Positions 41,766 to 51,619 of a stretch of DNA of 64,000 bases are shown in pieces (within the stretch, counting starts at the first letter, position 1; the number at the start of each line of letters is the position of its first letter). The stretch spans positions 4,161 to 68,160 of the forward strand of contig CALMML010000112.1 of the NCBI GenBank assembly GCA_937868485.1, given 5' to 3'. A program made the translations under genes and the position numbers. Source of the stretch: an uncultured Myxococcales bacterium (GTDB lineage Bacteria; Myxococcota_A; Polyangia; Palsa-1104; JAEUJZ01). The notes beneath the pieces were generated by a model. The model saw only the letters and a program-made list of their open reading frames with translations. It ran no database searches and was not told the DNA's origin.

Positions 41766-41972
41766 GGGTGCTCCTTTGCACGCCGCCCCATACGCGGCAG
41801 GCCGGTCCTATTATGCCGGTCGGATACGCGCGTCGAAACCCCAAAAAGCGAAGTTGTATCCGTCTCTACCTGAGACATCAGTCGGGAGTGATTCCCGAAC
41901 CATGGCTGCCGCCCTTAACATCTAATGGACCAGCCGCTGGGCGACGAACCATTTGCGAAAGAGACCAGGGAC

Positions 41973-43163
41973 ATGCCGATCCTGCGAACGCTGCTGTTTG
42001 TAACCATCATGACGCTGGCCCTGTGTGGGCTGCACTACTACCTGTACGTACGGATCTCGCGTGGTCTGTCCCTGGGTCCGGCAGAGCAGCGCCTGCTCAA
42101 GCTGGGGATCGGCGGTCTGTTTGCCCTGCTGTGGCTCAGCTTTCCGCTCGCCCGCGCGGCACCTCGGCACATTGCGTCGCCGGTCCTGTGGGTCAGCTAC
42201 ATCTGGATGGGCACCATGGCGGTGTCTTCGGTGGTGTTCGGGCTGGTCGATCTGGCGCGGCTGGCTGGCTCCGCACTGTCGCCGATGCTGCCAATTGACG
42301 AGTCACGGCGCGCGTGGATCAGCAAGCTGGTCGATGTCATGGCGCTCGGGGGAGCCGCGACCTTATCGGCCACGGCGCTCGCGCTCGGACTGCGCAAGGT
42401 CGGGGTGAAGCGCGTCGAGGTCTCGCTCGCCAAGCTGCCGCCGAGCCTCGATGGCTTTCGGATTGTTCAGCTGACCGACGTTCACATCGGGCCGACGCTC
42501 GATGGTCGCTGGCTCAAAGAGGTCGTTGCCAAGGTAAACGCCCTGGCCGCCGACGTGGTGGTCATCACCGGCGATCTGGTAGACGGTAGCGTCTCTCAGC
42601 TGCTGTCTCACGTCGAGCCGCTCCGCGATCTGAAGGCCAAGCACGGGGTCTATTTCGTCACCGGCAACCACGAATACTACTCGGGCGTCGATGCCTGGCT
42701 GACCGAGCTTCGCCGCCTGGGAATGACCGTGCTGCGCAACGAGCGAGTGACCCTGCATCCCCAAGGGCTGGCCGGTCCTGGCGCCGGAGCGCTTGGCATA
42801 GATCTCGTCGGGGTGGACGACTATCACGCCGGGGTCTTTCCAGGTCACGGCCCCGATCTGCCCAGAGCGCTCACCGGGCGTGATCCGTCCCGACTCGCCG
42901 TGCTGCTCGCACATCAGCCCGCCGCCATCGAAGAAGCGGCCCAGCTTGGCATCGATCTCCAGATCTCCGGTCACACCCACGCCGGACAGCTGTGGCCGTG
43001 GGGGTATTTCGTACGGCTCCAGCAGCCCTATGTTCACGGACTACACCGCCACGGCAGCGCCCAGATCTATGTCAGCGCAGGAACCGGCTACTGGGGTCCG
43101 CCCATGCGGCTTGCGTCCGAAGCCGAGATCACCGAGCTGGTCCTGCGTCCCCGGCCAAGCTAA
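41973..43163 (+). CDS. Membrane-anchored metallophosphoesterase (calcineurin-like, YkuE-type).
   Basis: Three N-terminal TM helices. Then GDLVDG, GNHEYY and GHTH phosphoesterase motifs. An alternative upstream start is at 41925. Confidence 0.75.
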   Translation: MPILRTLLFVTIMTLALCGLHYYLYVRISRGLSLGPAEQRLLKLGIGGLFALLWLSFPLARAAPRHIASPVLWVSYIWMGTMAVSSVVFGLVDLARLAGSALSPMLPIDESRRAWISKLVDVMALGGAATLSATALALGLRKVGVKRVEVSLAKLPPSLDGFRIVQLTDVHIGPTLDGRWLKEVVAKVNALAADVVVITGDLVDGSVSQLLSHVEPLRDLKAKHGVYFVTGNHEYYSGVDAWLTELRRLGMTVLRNERVTLHPQGLAGPGAGALGIDLVGVDDYHAGVFPGHGPDLPRALTGRDPSRLAVLLAHQPAAIEEAAQLGIDLQISGHTHAGQLWPWGYFVRLQQPYVHGLHRHGSAQIYVSAGTGYWGPPMRLASEAEITELVLRPRPS

Positions 43164-43289
43164 CGAACGCTCCGTCGCACCTGCCGTTCGCGTTATCATT
43201 CGGAACGGTCGAGGCCTCGCTGTCGTCTTGCTAGTGAACATCGGTCTTGCCGGACCTCGCAGCGCGCAAGACCCAAGGGGAAACACACC

Positions 43290-43655
43290 ATGTCGCTCAC
43301 CAAGATTGTCTGCTTTGCCTTGGGACTCCTGTGCTTGGCTCCGGTGGCCTGGGCCGATGAGCCGATGCAGCCGGTCGTGCCCGAAGTCAAAGAGCGCCCC
43401 CAGCCGGTTCGCGCCGATCGCAGCGAGCTGCGGGCCGAGCTTCGCAGCGCCGTCCAAGCCGCCCGCGCAGAGCTGCGCCCCGAACGAACCGCGACCGATC
43501 GTCCCGTCCGCACCGAGCGCCGCGAGCTTCGCGCAGAGGCCGATCAGCGCCAGCTGCAAAAAGAAGAGCGTCGCCAGGCCCTCCGCGAGCTGCGCCGGGA
43601 AAACCGCGACGAGCGCCGCGAAGCCATCCGCAGCCTGATCCGCCGCAGCCAGTAA
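43290..43655 (+). CDS. Small secreted Arg/Glu-rich helical protein (possible CpxP/Spy-like periplasmic protein).
   Basis: Signal peptide MSLTKIVCFALGLLCLAPVAWA. AAGGGG RBS. Repeated ELRAEL/RRELRAE heptads. Confidence 0.5.
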   Translation: MSLTKIVCFALGLLCLAPVAWADEPMQPVVPEVKERPQPVRADRSELRAELRSAVQAARAELRPERTATDRPVRTERRELRAEADQRQLQKEERRQALRELRRENRDERREAIRSLIRRSQ

Positions 43656-43657
43656 CG

Positions 43658-45208
43658 TCAGAACAGTCGCAGCTGCGGCTTCGGCACGCGCTTCTTCGGG
43701 GCGGCTTGCACCACCGTCAGCGCTGCGGGCACCTCAGACAAAAACGGGCTCGGCCCGCTCTCGCCACGCGCGGAGCCGTGGGTCGCCAGGCCGGAATCGA
43801 CATACGACAGGTACAGCCGCTCTTTGGCACGGGTCATCCCCACGAAAAACAGCCGCCGCTCCTCTTCTCGCTCTTCATCGCTGCGACCCGGACCCGGGAG
43901 CTGCCCAGCTTCCAGCCCGACCAAAAACACCACCGAAAACTCCAGTCCCTTGGCACCGTGCAGCGTCAGCAGCGCCAGTCGCTGATCTTCCAGGTGATCT
44001 GACTCGTAGGTCGGCTCCAGCACAGGCTGCTGCGGCTCTGCCTCGGCACGCTTCCGCTTCACGCTGGGGCGAGTAAACGGCAGTCCCGACTCTCCCAGTG
44101 CTTTGGCCAGCGAGTCCGCCCGCGCCACGGTCCGCGTCAGGATGGCCACATCCGCAAAGCCATAGCCACCTGGCTGCCACGACGCACTCTGCCCGGTGTC
44201 GTACGCCAGCAAGCTGGTCCCGCCGATGAGCCGCTCGATCTCTTTTACCACCCGCTGCGCCTCCGCAAAGGGGCTGTCGCTCCGCCACAGGATGATCGGC
44301 TCGCCCGACGGACACTTCGGCACAGGGGACGGCGCACTGCGCGCACTGTTGTGAGCAATCACCGCCGCTGCGGCCCGCACGATCTGCGGCGTACTGCGAT
44401 GGTTTTCCACCAGAAACCGCGACACCGCAGAGGGGAAGTCGTCCAAAAACCCGCGAAAGTGCCGCACCTCACCACCGCGAAAGGCATAGATCGCCTGGTC
44501 GGGATCACCTATCGCCAGCACCTGCGCAGCTTGACCGAGCGCAACCGTCATCGCTCGCTGCACCGCACTCACATCTTGGTACTCATCCACGGCGACAAAG
44601 CGAAACCTGCGCCGCACGGCATCCGTCTTTAGCACCACCAGCGCGCGCAGCAGCAGATCATCCAGGTCCACCGCCTCCGCGTCGCCCAGGAGCTGTTCAT
44701 AGCGACGAAGCACTTGCAGCTCTTCGGGCGATAGATCCAGTTCCCCCACAGGCAGCCGCTGCGGATAATCGGGATGCTGACCTTTGCGCAGCGAGATCAG
44801 CGACGCCAGACTGGACGCCGACTTGCGACAGCCGCTGCCCACCAGCGCCTGTTCGATAAGCGCCAGCCGCTCGGCTTCGTCCCCCACATGCTGCGACGGC
44901 AGAAGCGGAGCCACCAAGACCGCCAGCCGGTGAAACGTCCCCACCATCAGTCGCTGCGCACGCGGCCCAAGCAGCGTCGACAGTCGCTCCGTCAGCTCTT
45001 GGGCCGCCCGGCGGGTAAACGTCACCGCCACGATCTCTTCGGGCTGCGCCTTTTGCGACGCGATTCGCTCGACAATCCAGGCACACAGCGTCCGCGTCTT
45101 GCCTGAGCCCGGTCCCGCCGTCACCAGCTGCGGTCCGCTCGCATACGTCGCAACCTGATGCTGAACCGCCGATAGGCCCGCCAGCCACGGCGAAGTCTCG
45201 ACGCTCAT
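43658..45208 (-). CDS. Compact UvrD/PcrA-like superfamily-1 DNA helicase.
   Basis: Motif I AGPGSGKT, motif II VDEYQD, III GDPDQAIYAFRG, and V/VI TLHGAKGLEF...VGMTRA. 516 aa, shorter than canonical UvrD. Confidence 0.85.
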   Translation of the reverse strand: MSVETSPWLAGLSAVQHQVATYASGPQLVTAGPGSGKTRTLCAWIVERIASQKAQPEEIVAVTFTRRAAQELTERLSTLLGPRAQRLMVGTFHRLAVLVAPLLPSQHVGDEAERLALIEQALVGSGCRKSASSLASLISLRKGQHPDYPQRLPVGELDLSPEELQVLRRYEQLLGDAEAVDLDDLLLRALVVLKTDAVRRRFRFVAVDEYQDVSAVQRAMTVALGQAAQVLAIGDPDQAIYAFRGGEVRHFRGFLDDFPSAVSRFLVENHRSTPQIVRAAAAVIAHNSARSAPSPVPKCPSGEPIILWRSDSPFAEAQRVVKEIERLIGGTSLLAYDTGQSASWQPGGYGFADVAILTRTVARADSLAKALGESGLPFTRPSVKRKRAEAEPQQPVLEPTYESDHLEDQRLALLTLHGAKGLEFSVVFLVGLEAGQLPGPGRSDEEREEERRLFFVGMTRAKERLYLSYVDSGLATHGSARGESGPSPFLSEVPAALTVVQAAPKKRVPKPQLRLF

Positions 45209-46533
45209 CCAAACAGTCCCATCTGCTGAGACGACGATGAAGACGCTCGCTCACTTGGTTCAACCAGCCCCACCCGTCCGTACTCGCCATCAAAGCCCGC
45301 CGCGATCCGCAGCTCTCCTCGCCGCATCCGCACCAGCGCTTCCCCAAGCAGCGGGTCCGCCACCCGCCGGATGTCTTGCGGCAGCGCCGAGCGCAGCACA
45401 AACAGCTCCGGCCCCACCTCGTTCAGCAGTCGAAAGTACAGTCGCTGCACGGCATCCGACGCAGCGGTCTTGCCCAGGACATCGGCCAGCACCTCGGTAA
45501 GCGGCACCAAGCGCTCGAACGGACGAGCCCGAGGTGGACGAAACGTCGAGTCGCCATCGATCGGACGGTCAGCCAGCGCCTCGACACGCGACAGCACCCC
45601 GACCGTCACCGGCTTGCCACAGCGCGGACACAGCCCGCCGAGCTTGGCCCGCTCGCTCGGCTCCAGCCGCACCCCGCAGTCGCGATGTCCGTCGAGGTGA
45701 TACTTTCCTTCCTCCGGGTAGAACTCCAGGGTGCCCAGAAACTCTTCGGGCAAGCACAGCGCAAGCGCCTTTCGCAGACCAGCAAACGTCGGCGGATCCG
45801 CCAGGTGGAGACGGGTCAGCTCCCGGCCCAGCTTCTGCGGCGAGTGCGCATCCGAGCTGGAAATCAGCGTCAAGTGATCGAGCGCCGACAGCCGCCAGTT
45901 CATCGCCGGGTCCGAAGACAGCCCCGTCTCCAGCGCGAAGATGTGCGGCGTCAGATCGCCAAAGCAGTCGCTCAGCCGGTCAAAGCCAGACAGCGAGCCA
46001 AACACCGAAAAGTGCGGCGTCCAGATATGGGCCGGGACCAGATACGCCCGGCTGTCCGTCGATAGAAGCAGCTCCAGAAAGTCGCGACACGGCATGCCCA
46101 GGATCGGACGACCGTCCGAGTGCAGGTTGTAGCCCAGGCGCAGCAGCCGGTCCGCCACCTGATCCGCACAGTCGAGGCTCGGCAGCACAATCAGGTTGTG
46201 GACTTTGCGTACCGCGCCGTCTTTTTTGAAGATGTGCGAGATCTCACCGGCCAGCACAAAGCGCACCCGACGACGACACGAGCGCGGAACCGCCTCATCG
46301 AGCGGCGCGCGGAGGTCTTCCCGCAGCTCATACAGCCCTTCGCCACGCCCTTCATCGGCAGGAACCAGCTGCTGGCGCAGCTCGGCTCGCCACACCGGGT
46401 GCAGCACGTCGCCCGTCGCCACCACGTCGATGCCTTTGCGCTGCGCCCACTGGTACATGTGCCCCAGGTCCATGTCCGCGCTGACGGCCCGCGAAAACCG
46501 AGAGTGAACGTGCAAATCAAGCAGCAGCTCCAT
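45205..46533 (-). CDS. PHP-domain protein with a C-terminal zinc ribbon (EndoQ-like / TIGR00375-type nuclease).
   Basis: MELLLDLHVHSRFS plus a downstream His/Asp PHP motif. Zinc ribbon CPRCGKPVTVGV. Its stop overlaps the helicase start by 4 bp. I chose the ATG at 46533 over the TTG at 46569. Confidence 0.7.
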   Translation of the reverse strand: MELLLDLHVHSRFSRAVSADMDLGHMYQWAQRKGIDVVATGDVLHPVWRAELRQQLVPADEGRGEGLYELREDLRAPLDEAVPRSCRRRVRFVLAGEISHIFKKDGAVRKVHNLIVLPSLDCADQVADRLLRLGYNLHSDGRPILGMPCRDFLELLLSTDSRAYLVPAHIWTPHFSVFGSLSGFDRLSDCFGDLTPHIFALETGLSSDPAMNWRLSALDHLTLISSSDAHSPQKLGRELTRLHLADPPTFAGLRKALALCLPEEFLGTLEFYPEEGKYHLDGHRDCGVRLEPSERAKLGGLCPRCGKPVTVGVLSRVEALADRPIDGDSTFRPPRARPFERLVPLTEVLADVLGKTAASDAVQRLYFRLLNEVGPELFVLRSALPQDIRRVADPLLGEALVRMRRGELRIAAGFDGEYGRVGLVEPSERASSSSSQQMGLFG

Positions 46534-46663
46534 GGGCCGACCGTAGCCAGGACTCCGTCGCTGCTGCAACGTGTAAGGCGGGTTAAAATCACCCCGCTGC
46601 CGTCGCCATTTTTACCAAGCGGAACCGCGTCTTACGTGACAGAGCCCGTGGTACGCTACGAAC

Positions 46664-49162
46664 ATGCCAAAGTTCCACCCCGAGGCCCCCGACCTGGTGG
46701 TGAGCCCCGATGGAAAGTGGGCCGCAGAGCTGACCTCAAGCGAGCTGAAGGTCTACGCCCTTGCAGCCGGTGACCCCGAAGCGACCGAGCTACAGCCGGT
46801 CGAGACCATGCGTCACGACGACCGCCCCGGTCGCATCTTCTTCGTTCACCCCGAGCGACTGCTTCACCTGTGGGTGGAAGACGCAACCGAGGGCAGCGCA
46901 GGCTGTGTCGTCGCCGAGCTTCTGTCCGTACCGCAGCTTTCCAAGATCGGACGCTCGGTGCGGGTGCCCGGCGCAATCCGAATCCTCGGCGGCGGACCCG
47001 GTGGCGTGGTGGTCGCGCCCGCTGGCATGGGCGCCGAGCTGGTCATCCCCAGGGAAAGCGACATCATCGTCTACAAGCTGTTTGTCCGAGGGGAAGCACT
47101 GTCCGCTGGCGCCACCCCAGATCACCGTGTCGTCATCGAGCAGCGCGGTGTCTTCGAGATCTGGGACACGCAGACCCGACGGGCGATGGCCAAGCTGATC
47201 CTCAACACCCGACAAGCACCGCTCCAGCTTGGCTTTGTTGGCGACGGCAAGATGGTCTGGGCCCTGACCAGCGCCATCCCCATGCGCATCGAGGTCTTTC
47301 GCGCATCCGACGGACTGCGACTGCTCGAGCTGGAACAGCCTGGACGCGGCCTGTGTGCCGAGACGGCCCCCGGACGCCTGGTGATTGGCTTTGAAGACCA
47401 CAAGAGCATCAGCTTCCTCGACCTCGATGTGACCACGCGCAGCCTCCGTCGCGTCAGCTTGCCCAAAGACAGCAAGCGGCCCCTGAGCTTCGCGCTCAGC
47501 CCGAGCAGCAAGCAGCCTGAGCTACTCGTCCGGGTCGAAGACGAAGATCAGCCCTTTGTCCGCCTGCCGCTCGCCAAGATCAGCACCAGAGAGACCGTTG
47601 CACAGCCAGGCACCGAGACACGCGGTGGCTCACGCGGTCCCCAGCCAGCCCAAAGGCCAGCAAGCCGGACCGAGCCAAGCGCCAAGCTGTCCTCACGCGC
47701 GCTGCGTGATGCCCGTCCAGAGTCTCGGCTGATCCGCCGCATCTCCGAATCAGAGTCCGCGCAGGCCGAGCCCCGCAGCAAGCCGCTAACGCCTCCGGGC
47801 CCAGAAGCAGTGCCCTCGAAGCGCTCGCCGCGACCGGACCCCCAGGAATCCGAGTCACCAAGGGACAGTGATCGAGACGAAGCCGACGCGCTGGCCGTCA
47901 GCGAAGCAGAACCGGCAGCCAGCACCCCGCGCGAAGACAGCGAGCCAGTGGCCGTCCCTCTGGTTCCCGAGATTGCCCTGGGTGGTCAGCCGGTCCCGCC
48001 CCAGGTTCACAGCCCCCCGCCCAAGCCTGCGCTGCGCGCTTACGATGCCCAGCGCAGTCCCGCCGCCTGGCAGTGGGAGCTGGCCCGCTGGGCCCAAGGC
48101 TGCTTGCAGTCCGCAGAGGCCGAGTCGCCCCCTTCCGCAGGGCCGCTTCACGAGCTGGGTACGCGCCTGGGCCTGTCGACCGCCGCGCAGCGGGTGCTGG
48201 GACTGCTCTATGCGGCGTCGCAGCTGCTCGGGCTGCGAGCACGCGGCATGCGTCCGGTGGAGCTGGCCCTGAGCCTGCGGGGTCAGTGCGAAGAGCCCGA
48301 GGTCTTGGCCGAGCTACTGCCCGCCGCCCCGCTGCTTGCCCTCGACCTGATTGCGCCACGACCCGATGGACGACTGTGCCTGCGTCCTGCCGTGGCCCAG
48401 CGCCTGTCTGGAGCCCCCGATCCACAGGTCCAGTGGCCGCAGGCACCGTCACGCGAGCTGCTCCAGCCAGGGCTGTATCTGCTCGATGGACCCTGTGTGA
48501 CCCGTCCGGCGCGCCTGCTCGGACGCGCGGTGCTGCGACTGGATGGACTGACAGAGCCGCAGCCCCACAAAGCCCTGCCCGCCCGCCTGCGCCGGGCCTT
48601 GCTTCACGATGCCGTGCTGGTCATTGATGGCCTGTGCGGGCTGTCGTTCCCCGCCTTCAGTGCCCCGACTGTGCTGGCCGAGCTTCTCCCGCAGCTTGCC
48701 GCGCCGCGTGTGCCGGTCGTGCTGTGGGCCATGCCCGATGCCGCTGCATCAGCTGGGCTCGCCGGTCGCAAGCTGTCCGAGCTGATCATTGTCCGCGAGG
48801 GACCAGCCCCCGGCTTTCCCAGCAGCGCGCTGCCCCCTGGGGTGCTGTTCAGACCACCAGCCCCGGCAGCCAAAGCCGCCACATCCACGCGCAGCACCGG
48901 ACAGCTCATCGTCCATCAGACGGCGGACCGTCGCGCCGCCCTGGTCCTTGGACCCAGTGCCAACGCCGAAGCCTACGCCCGCGCAGCCTACCTGGCCGCC
49001 CGCGATGGTGCGCTGCTCGTGCTGGAAGCAGAGCTTACGCCGCCACGGACTGCGCTGCTGGCCATGCTCCTGCGGCAGCTCCCCGTGGTCGTGTCGGCGA
49101 TCCCACCAGGCGGTGCGGACCAGCCGTGGCCGATCGAGCTGCGACCCTTTGCCCACGCCTAG
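46664..49162 (+). CDS. Large hypothetical protein (832 aa). N-terminal structured region, Pro/Ser/Glu-rich disordered middle, Leu/Ala-rich C-terminal region.
   Basis: Long ORF with coding-like GC3. No recognisable catalytic motif. Confidence 0.5.
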   Translation: MPKFHPEAPDLVVSPDGKWAAELTSSELKVYALAAGDPEATELQPVETMRHDDRPGRIFFVHPERLLHLWVEDATEGSAGCVVAELLSVPQLSKIGRSVRVPGAIRILGGGPGGVVVAPAGMGAELVIPRESDIIVYKLFVRGEALSAGATPDHRVVIEQRGVFEIWDTQTRRAMAKLILNTRQAPLQLGFVGDGKMVWALTSAIPMRIEVFRASDGLRLLELEQPGRGLCAETAPGRLVIGFEDHKSISFLDLDVTTRSLRRVSLPKDSKRPLSFALSPSSKQPELLVRVEDEDQPFVRLPLAKISTRETVAQPGTETRGGSRGPQPAQRPASRTEPSAKLSSRALRDARPESRLIRRISESESAQAEPRSKPLTPPGPEAVPSKRSPRPDPQESESPRDSDRDEADALAVSEAEPAASTPREDSEPVAVPLVPEIALGGQPVPPQVHSPPPKPALRAYDAQRSPAAWQWELARWAQGCLQSAEAESPPSAGPLHELGTRLGLSTAAQRVLGLLYAASQLLGLRARGMRPVELALSLRGQCEEPEVLAELLPAAPLLALDLIAPRPDGRLCLRPAVAQRLSGAPDPQVQWPQAPSRELLQPGLYLLDGPCVTRPARLLGRAVLRLDGLTEPQPHKALPARLRRALLHDAVLVIDGLCGLSFPAFSAPTVLAELLPQLAAPRVPVVLWAMPDAAASAGLAGRKLSELIIVREGPAPGFPSSALPPGVLFRPPAPAAKAATSTRSTGQLIVHQTADRRAALVLGPSANAEAYARAAYLAARDGALLVLEAELTPPRTALLAMLLRQLPVVVSAIPPGGADQPWPIELRPFAHA

Positions 49163-49261
49163 TCAGCCGCCGGACACATCCGGCAGCGGAACCACGCAGA
49201 CTGGGTGAAGCAGGAAAGGTTGGGTATCGGAGGGATTCAGAGAGCAGGACGGGACGTCGTG

Positions 49262-50548
49262 CTAGCGCTTGCCGGTGCGGGCTTCGCTGGCGCGACCGCG
49301 ACAAGTCCCCGAGCAGAAGCGACGAACGGCGGTGCGGCCCGAGACCTTGACCACGAACTCCTTGCCGCACTTCTCCCACTCGCAGATCCGCAGCTCTTCA
49401 TCCGGTCCGAGCGTGCGCTCGCCGTCTTTTTTGCTGCCACGGCTCTTCTTGGACTCCTTAACGGGAGCCACTTCGGCCTCTTCCACTTCTTCGACCACCG
49501 CAGCCTTGGCAGCCGCCTTGGCCGGGCTCGCCTTACCAGCCGACTTGCTCGATGGGGCCGACTTGCTCGATGCCACCGGGCTCGCCGCGCTCGACTTGCT
49601 TGACGGCTTGACCGCAGCTTCCGCCTTGGCCGACTTGTCTGCTTTGGCAGTGACCTTGTCCGCTTTGGCAGCCTTGTCGGCTTTGTCAGCCTTCACTGGC
49701 TCGGCCTTGGCCGACTTGCTCGAGGGCGCAGGCTCTGCCTTCACCGACTTGGCGGACTTGGCCGGCGCTTCTTCCTTCGCAGCCTTCTTGGGAGCCGGGC
49801 TCGCCTTGCTGGACTTGCTCGACTTGGCCGAGATCACTTCTTCCTCGTCCGCGTCCGCAAGGTCATCCGCCTCATCGTCCAGGTCATCCAGCACCACCGG
49901 CTTGCTCAGCACCTTGGTGGCCGACTTGCTCGACTTGGCCGCCTTGCTCGGAGCCTCTGGGGCTTTTTCAGGCTCTGCCTTGGCGGCATCCTTCTTCGCA
50001 GGCTTTTTGTCGTCGGCCTTGGCCGCCACGGCCTTGCTCACCGGCTCAGCCGCCACCGCCTTGGCTGCCTTCTTATCGACAACCTTTTCAGGCAGCTTCT
50101 CTGCGGTCTTTTCGGCCTTGCCCGGCGACTTGCTGGACGGAGCAGGCTCCGCAGCCGCCTTCCGATCGAGCAGGGCTTCCGCCTTGCGACGCTCCACCGC
50201 TTCTGCCACCGCAGACTTGGCTGCGGCGACCGGCTCTGCCTTGGCGGGAGCAGCCACCGGCGCTTTCTTGTCTGCCCTGGCAAGAACTGCGGCCTTCACT
50301 GCGTCTACGGATTTCGCGGGCGGAGGCAGATCGCCAGCCGCTGGACGCTCCGGCGGCATCGGCTTGCTGTTACTTACGGAGCCATCGCGGCCCGAAGTAT
50401 CAACCCGGACCGGTCGCGGCTTCGATGGAAGCGGGCGAGTCACTTCACAAGAAGGAACTCGCTCTGCCGAGCGCGGCACCATCGGCGCAAAGGGATCTAC
50501 AGGTCGGAAGGCCGGCGTTGGGGGCGTAAAGTGTCGTCCGTTGCTCAT
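49262..50548 (-). CDS. Lys/Ala/Pro-rich histone-H1-like low-complexity protein with a C-terminal C4 zinc ribbon.
   Basis: KAAK/AKAE repeats. C-terminal RICEWEKCGKEFVV...FCSGTCRG. Minus-strand codon usage (AAG Lys, TCG/AGC Ser) fits the genome better than the antisense Ala/Leu ORF at 49269-50597. Confidence 0.55.
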   Translation of the reverse strand: MSNGRHFTPPTPAFRPVDPFAPMVPRSAERVPSCEVTRPLPSKPRPVRVDTSGRDGSVSNSKPMPPERPAAGDLPPPAKSVDAVKAAVLARADKKAPVAAPAKAEPVAAAKSAVAEAVERRKAEALLDRKAAAEPAPSSKSPGKAEKTAEKLPEKVVDKKAAKAVAAEPVSKAVAAKADDKKPAKKDAAKAEPEKAPEAPSKAAKSSKSATKVLSKPVVLDDLDDEADDLADADEEEVISAKSSKSSKASPAPKKAAKEEAPAKSAKSVKAEPAPSSKSAKAEPVKADKADKAAKADKVTAKADKSAKAEAAVKPSSKSSAASPVASSKSAPSSKSAGKASPAKAAAKAAVVEEVEEAEVAPVKESKKSRGSKKDGERTLGPDEELRICEWEKCGKEFVVKVSGRTAVRRFCSGTCRGRASEARTGKR

Positions 50549-50842
50549 TTTCCGTAAGCTCCGCTGTACCTACTGCAGACAGAAGGCCGGACCATAAGTG
50601 ATCGGGCGCCATAGGTTAGCACTTTGATCTCTTTTCATGGACAGAAATTCGACCCATCCACCAGCAGTAAACTCGGGGGTTCCTTTTAAATGCCTGCTGG
50701 CAAAAAAAAGCAAGGGTATCGGCACCTTAGATAGCGGTTTGCGTGCATCCAGGGTCCGATTTCCCTTCCTTCTGGTTGTGCCTGGTCCCAAACACAAGCG
50801 CTGATCGGATTCTGCTCTTCACTGTTCACAAGCGCCGACTGC

Positions 50843-51619
50843 GTGGTAATGGTGCGGAGCCTGATGCCGTCTGAGCCATCCATTGAAACCACCGCGCAGC
50901 CACGTCCTACGGACCGGGCGACCCAGGATCTGATCACTGTATCGAACCTGCGCAAGCGCTTTGGTGACACCGAAGTCCTGCGCGGCATCGATCTGACCAT
51001 CCAGCGCGGAGAGATGGTTGCCCTCACCGGACGGTCGGGATCGGGCAAGTCCACGCTCTTGCACATCATCGGTGGGCTCGACTACCGCCAAGGCGGGCAG
51101 AGCTACCAAGGCAAAGTCGAGCTGATGGGTCGCGATCTGGGACAGCTCACAGACGCCGAGCTTTCCGCGCTACGCAACCGTCACATTGGCTTTGTCTTCC
51201 AAGCGTTTCACCTGCTGTCGCACCTGAGCTGCCTCGACAACGTGCTGCTGCCGAATGCCTTTGCCCACGAGCCCTTGTCCAAAGCGGATGCCGAGCAGCG
51301 CGCGATGCTGGCCCTTACGCGCGTGGGTCTTGGCGACAAGCGGCGCAGCCGTCCATCCGAGCTGTCCGGCGGTCAAAAGCAGCGGGTGGCCATCGCTCGC
51401 GCCTTGCTGTTTCGACCCACGCTGCTTCTATGTGACGAGCCGACCGGCAACCTAGACGACTACACCGGGCAGCAGATCATCGATCTCTTTCAAGAGCTGC
51501 ACCGCGATGGCCTGACCATGGTCCTGGTCACGCATGAGCCGCGCGTCGCGCAGGCCACGACTCGGCGGGTCCAGCTGCAAAGTGGTCGCATCGTAGACAA
51601 AGAGGAGCCCGCACCATGA
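50843..51619 (+). CDS. ABC transporter ATP-binding protein (LolD/MacB-type).
   Basis: Walker A GRSGSGKST, signature LSGGQKQRVAIARAL, Walker B LLLCDEPTGNLD. Confidence 0.85.
   Translation: MVMVRSLMPSEPSIETTAQPRPTDRATQDLITVSNLRKRFGDTEVLRGIDLTIQRGEMVALTGRSGSGKSTLLHIIGGLDYRQGGQSYQGKVELMGRDLGQLTDAELSALRNRHIGFVFQAFHLLSHLSCLDNVLLPNAFAHEPLSKADAEQRAMLALTRVGLGDKRRSRPSELSGGQKQRVAIARALLFRPTLLLCDEPTGNLDDYTGQQIIDLFQELHRDGLTMVLVTHEPRVAQATTRRVQLQSGRIVDKEEPAP

Noticed and set aside
43183-43212. Short inverted repeats (CGAACG...CGTTCG, CCGTTC...GAACGG) after the metallophosphoesterase gene as a possible terminator.
   Set aside because: Stems are only 6 bp with long loops. Too weak to call confidently.
45376-46229. 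Two ~230 aa plus-strand ORFs.
   Set aside because: Antisense to the PHP-domain gene. Arg-rich low-complexity translations.
50690-50730. Sigma-54-like -24/-12 element (ctGGCaaaaaaaaGCa) upstream of the ABC transporter genes.
   Set aside because: GG-to-GC spacing is 9 nt rather than the canonical 10, and flanking consensus is poor.
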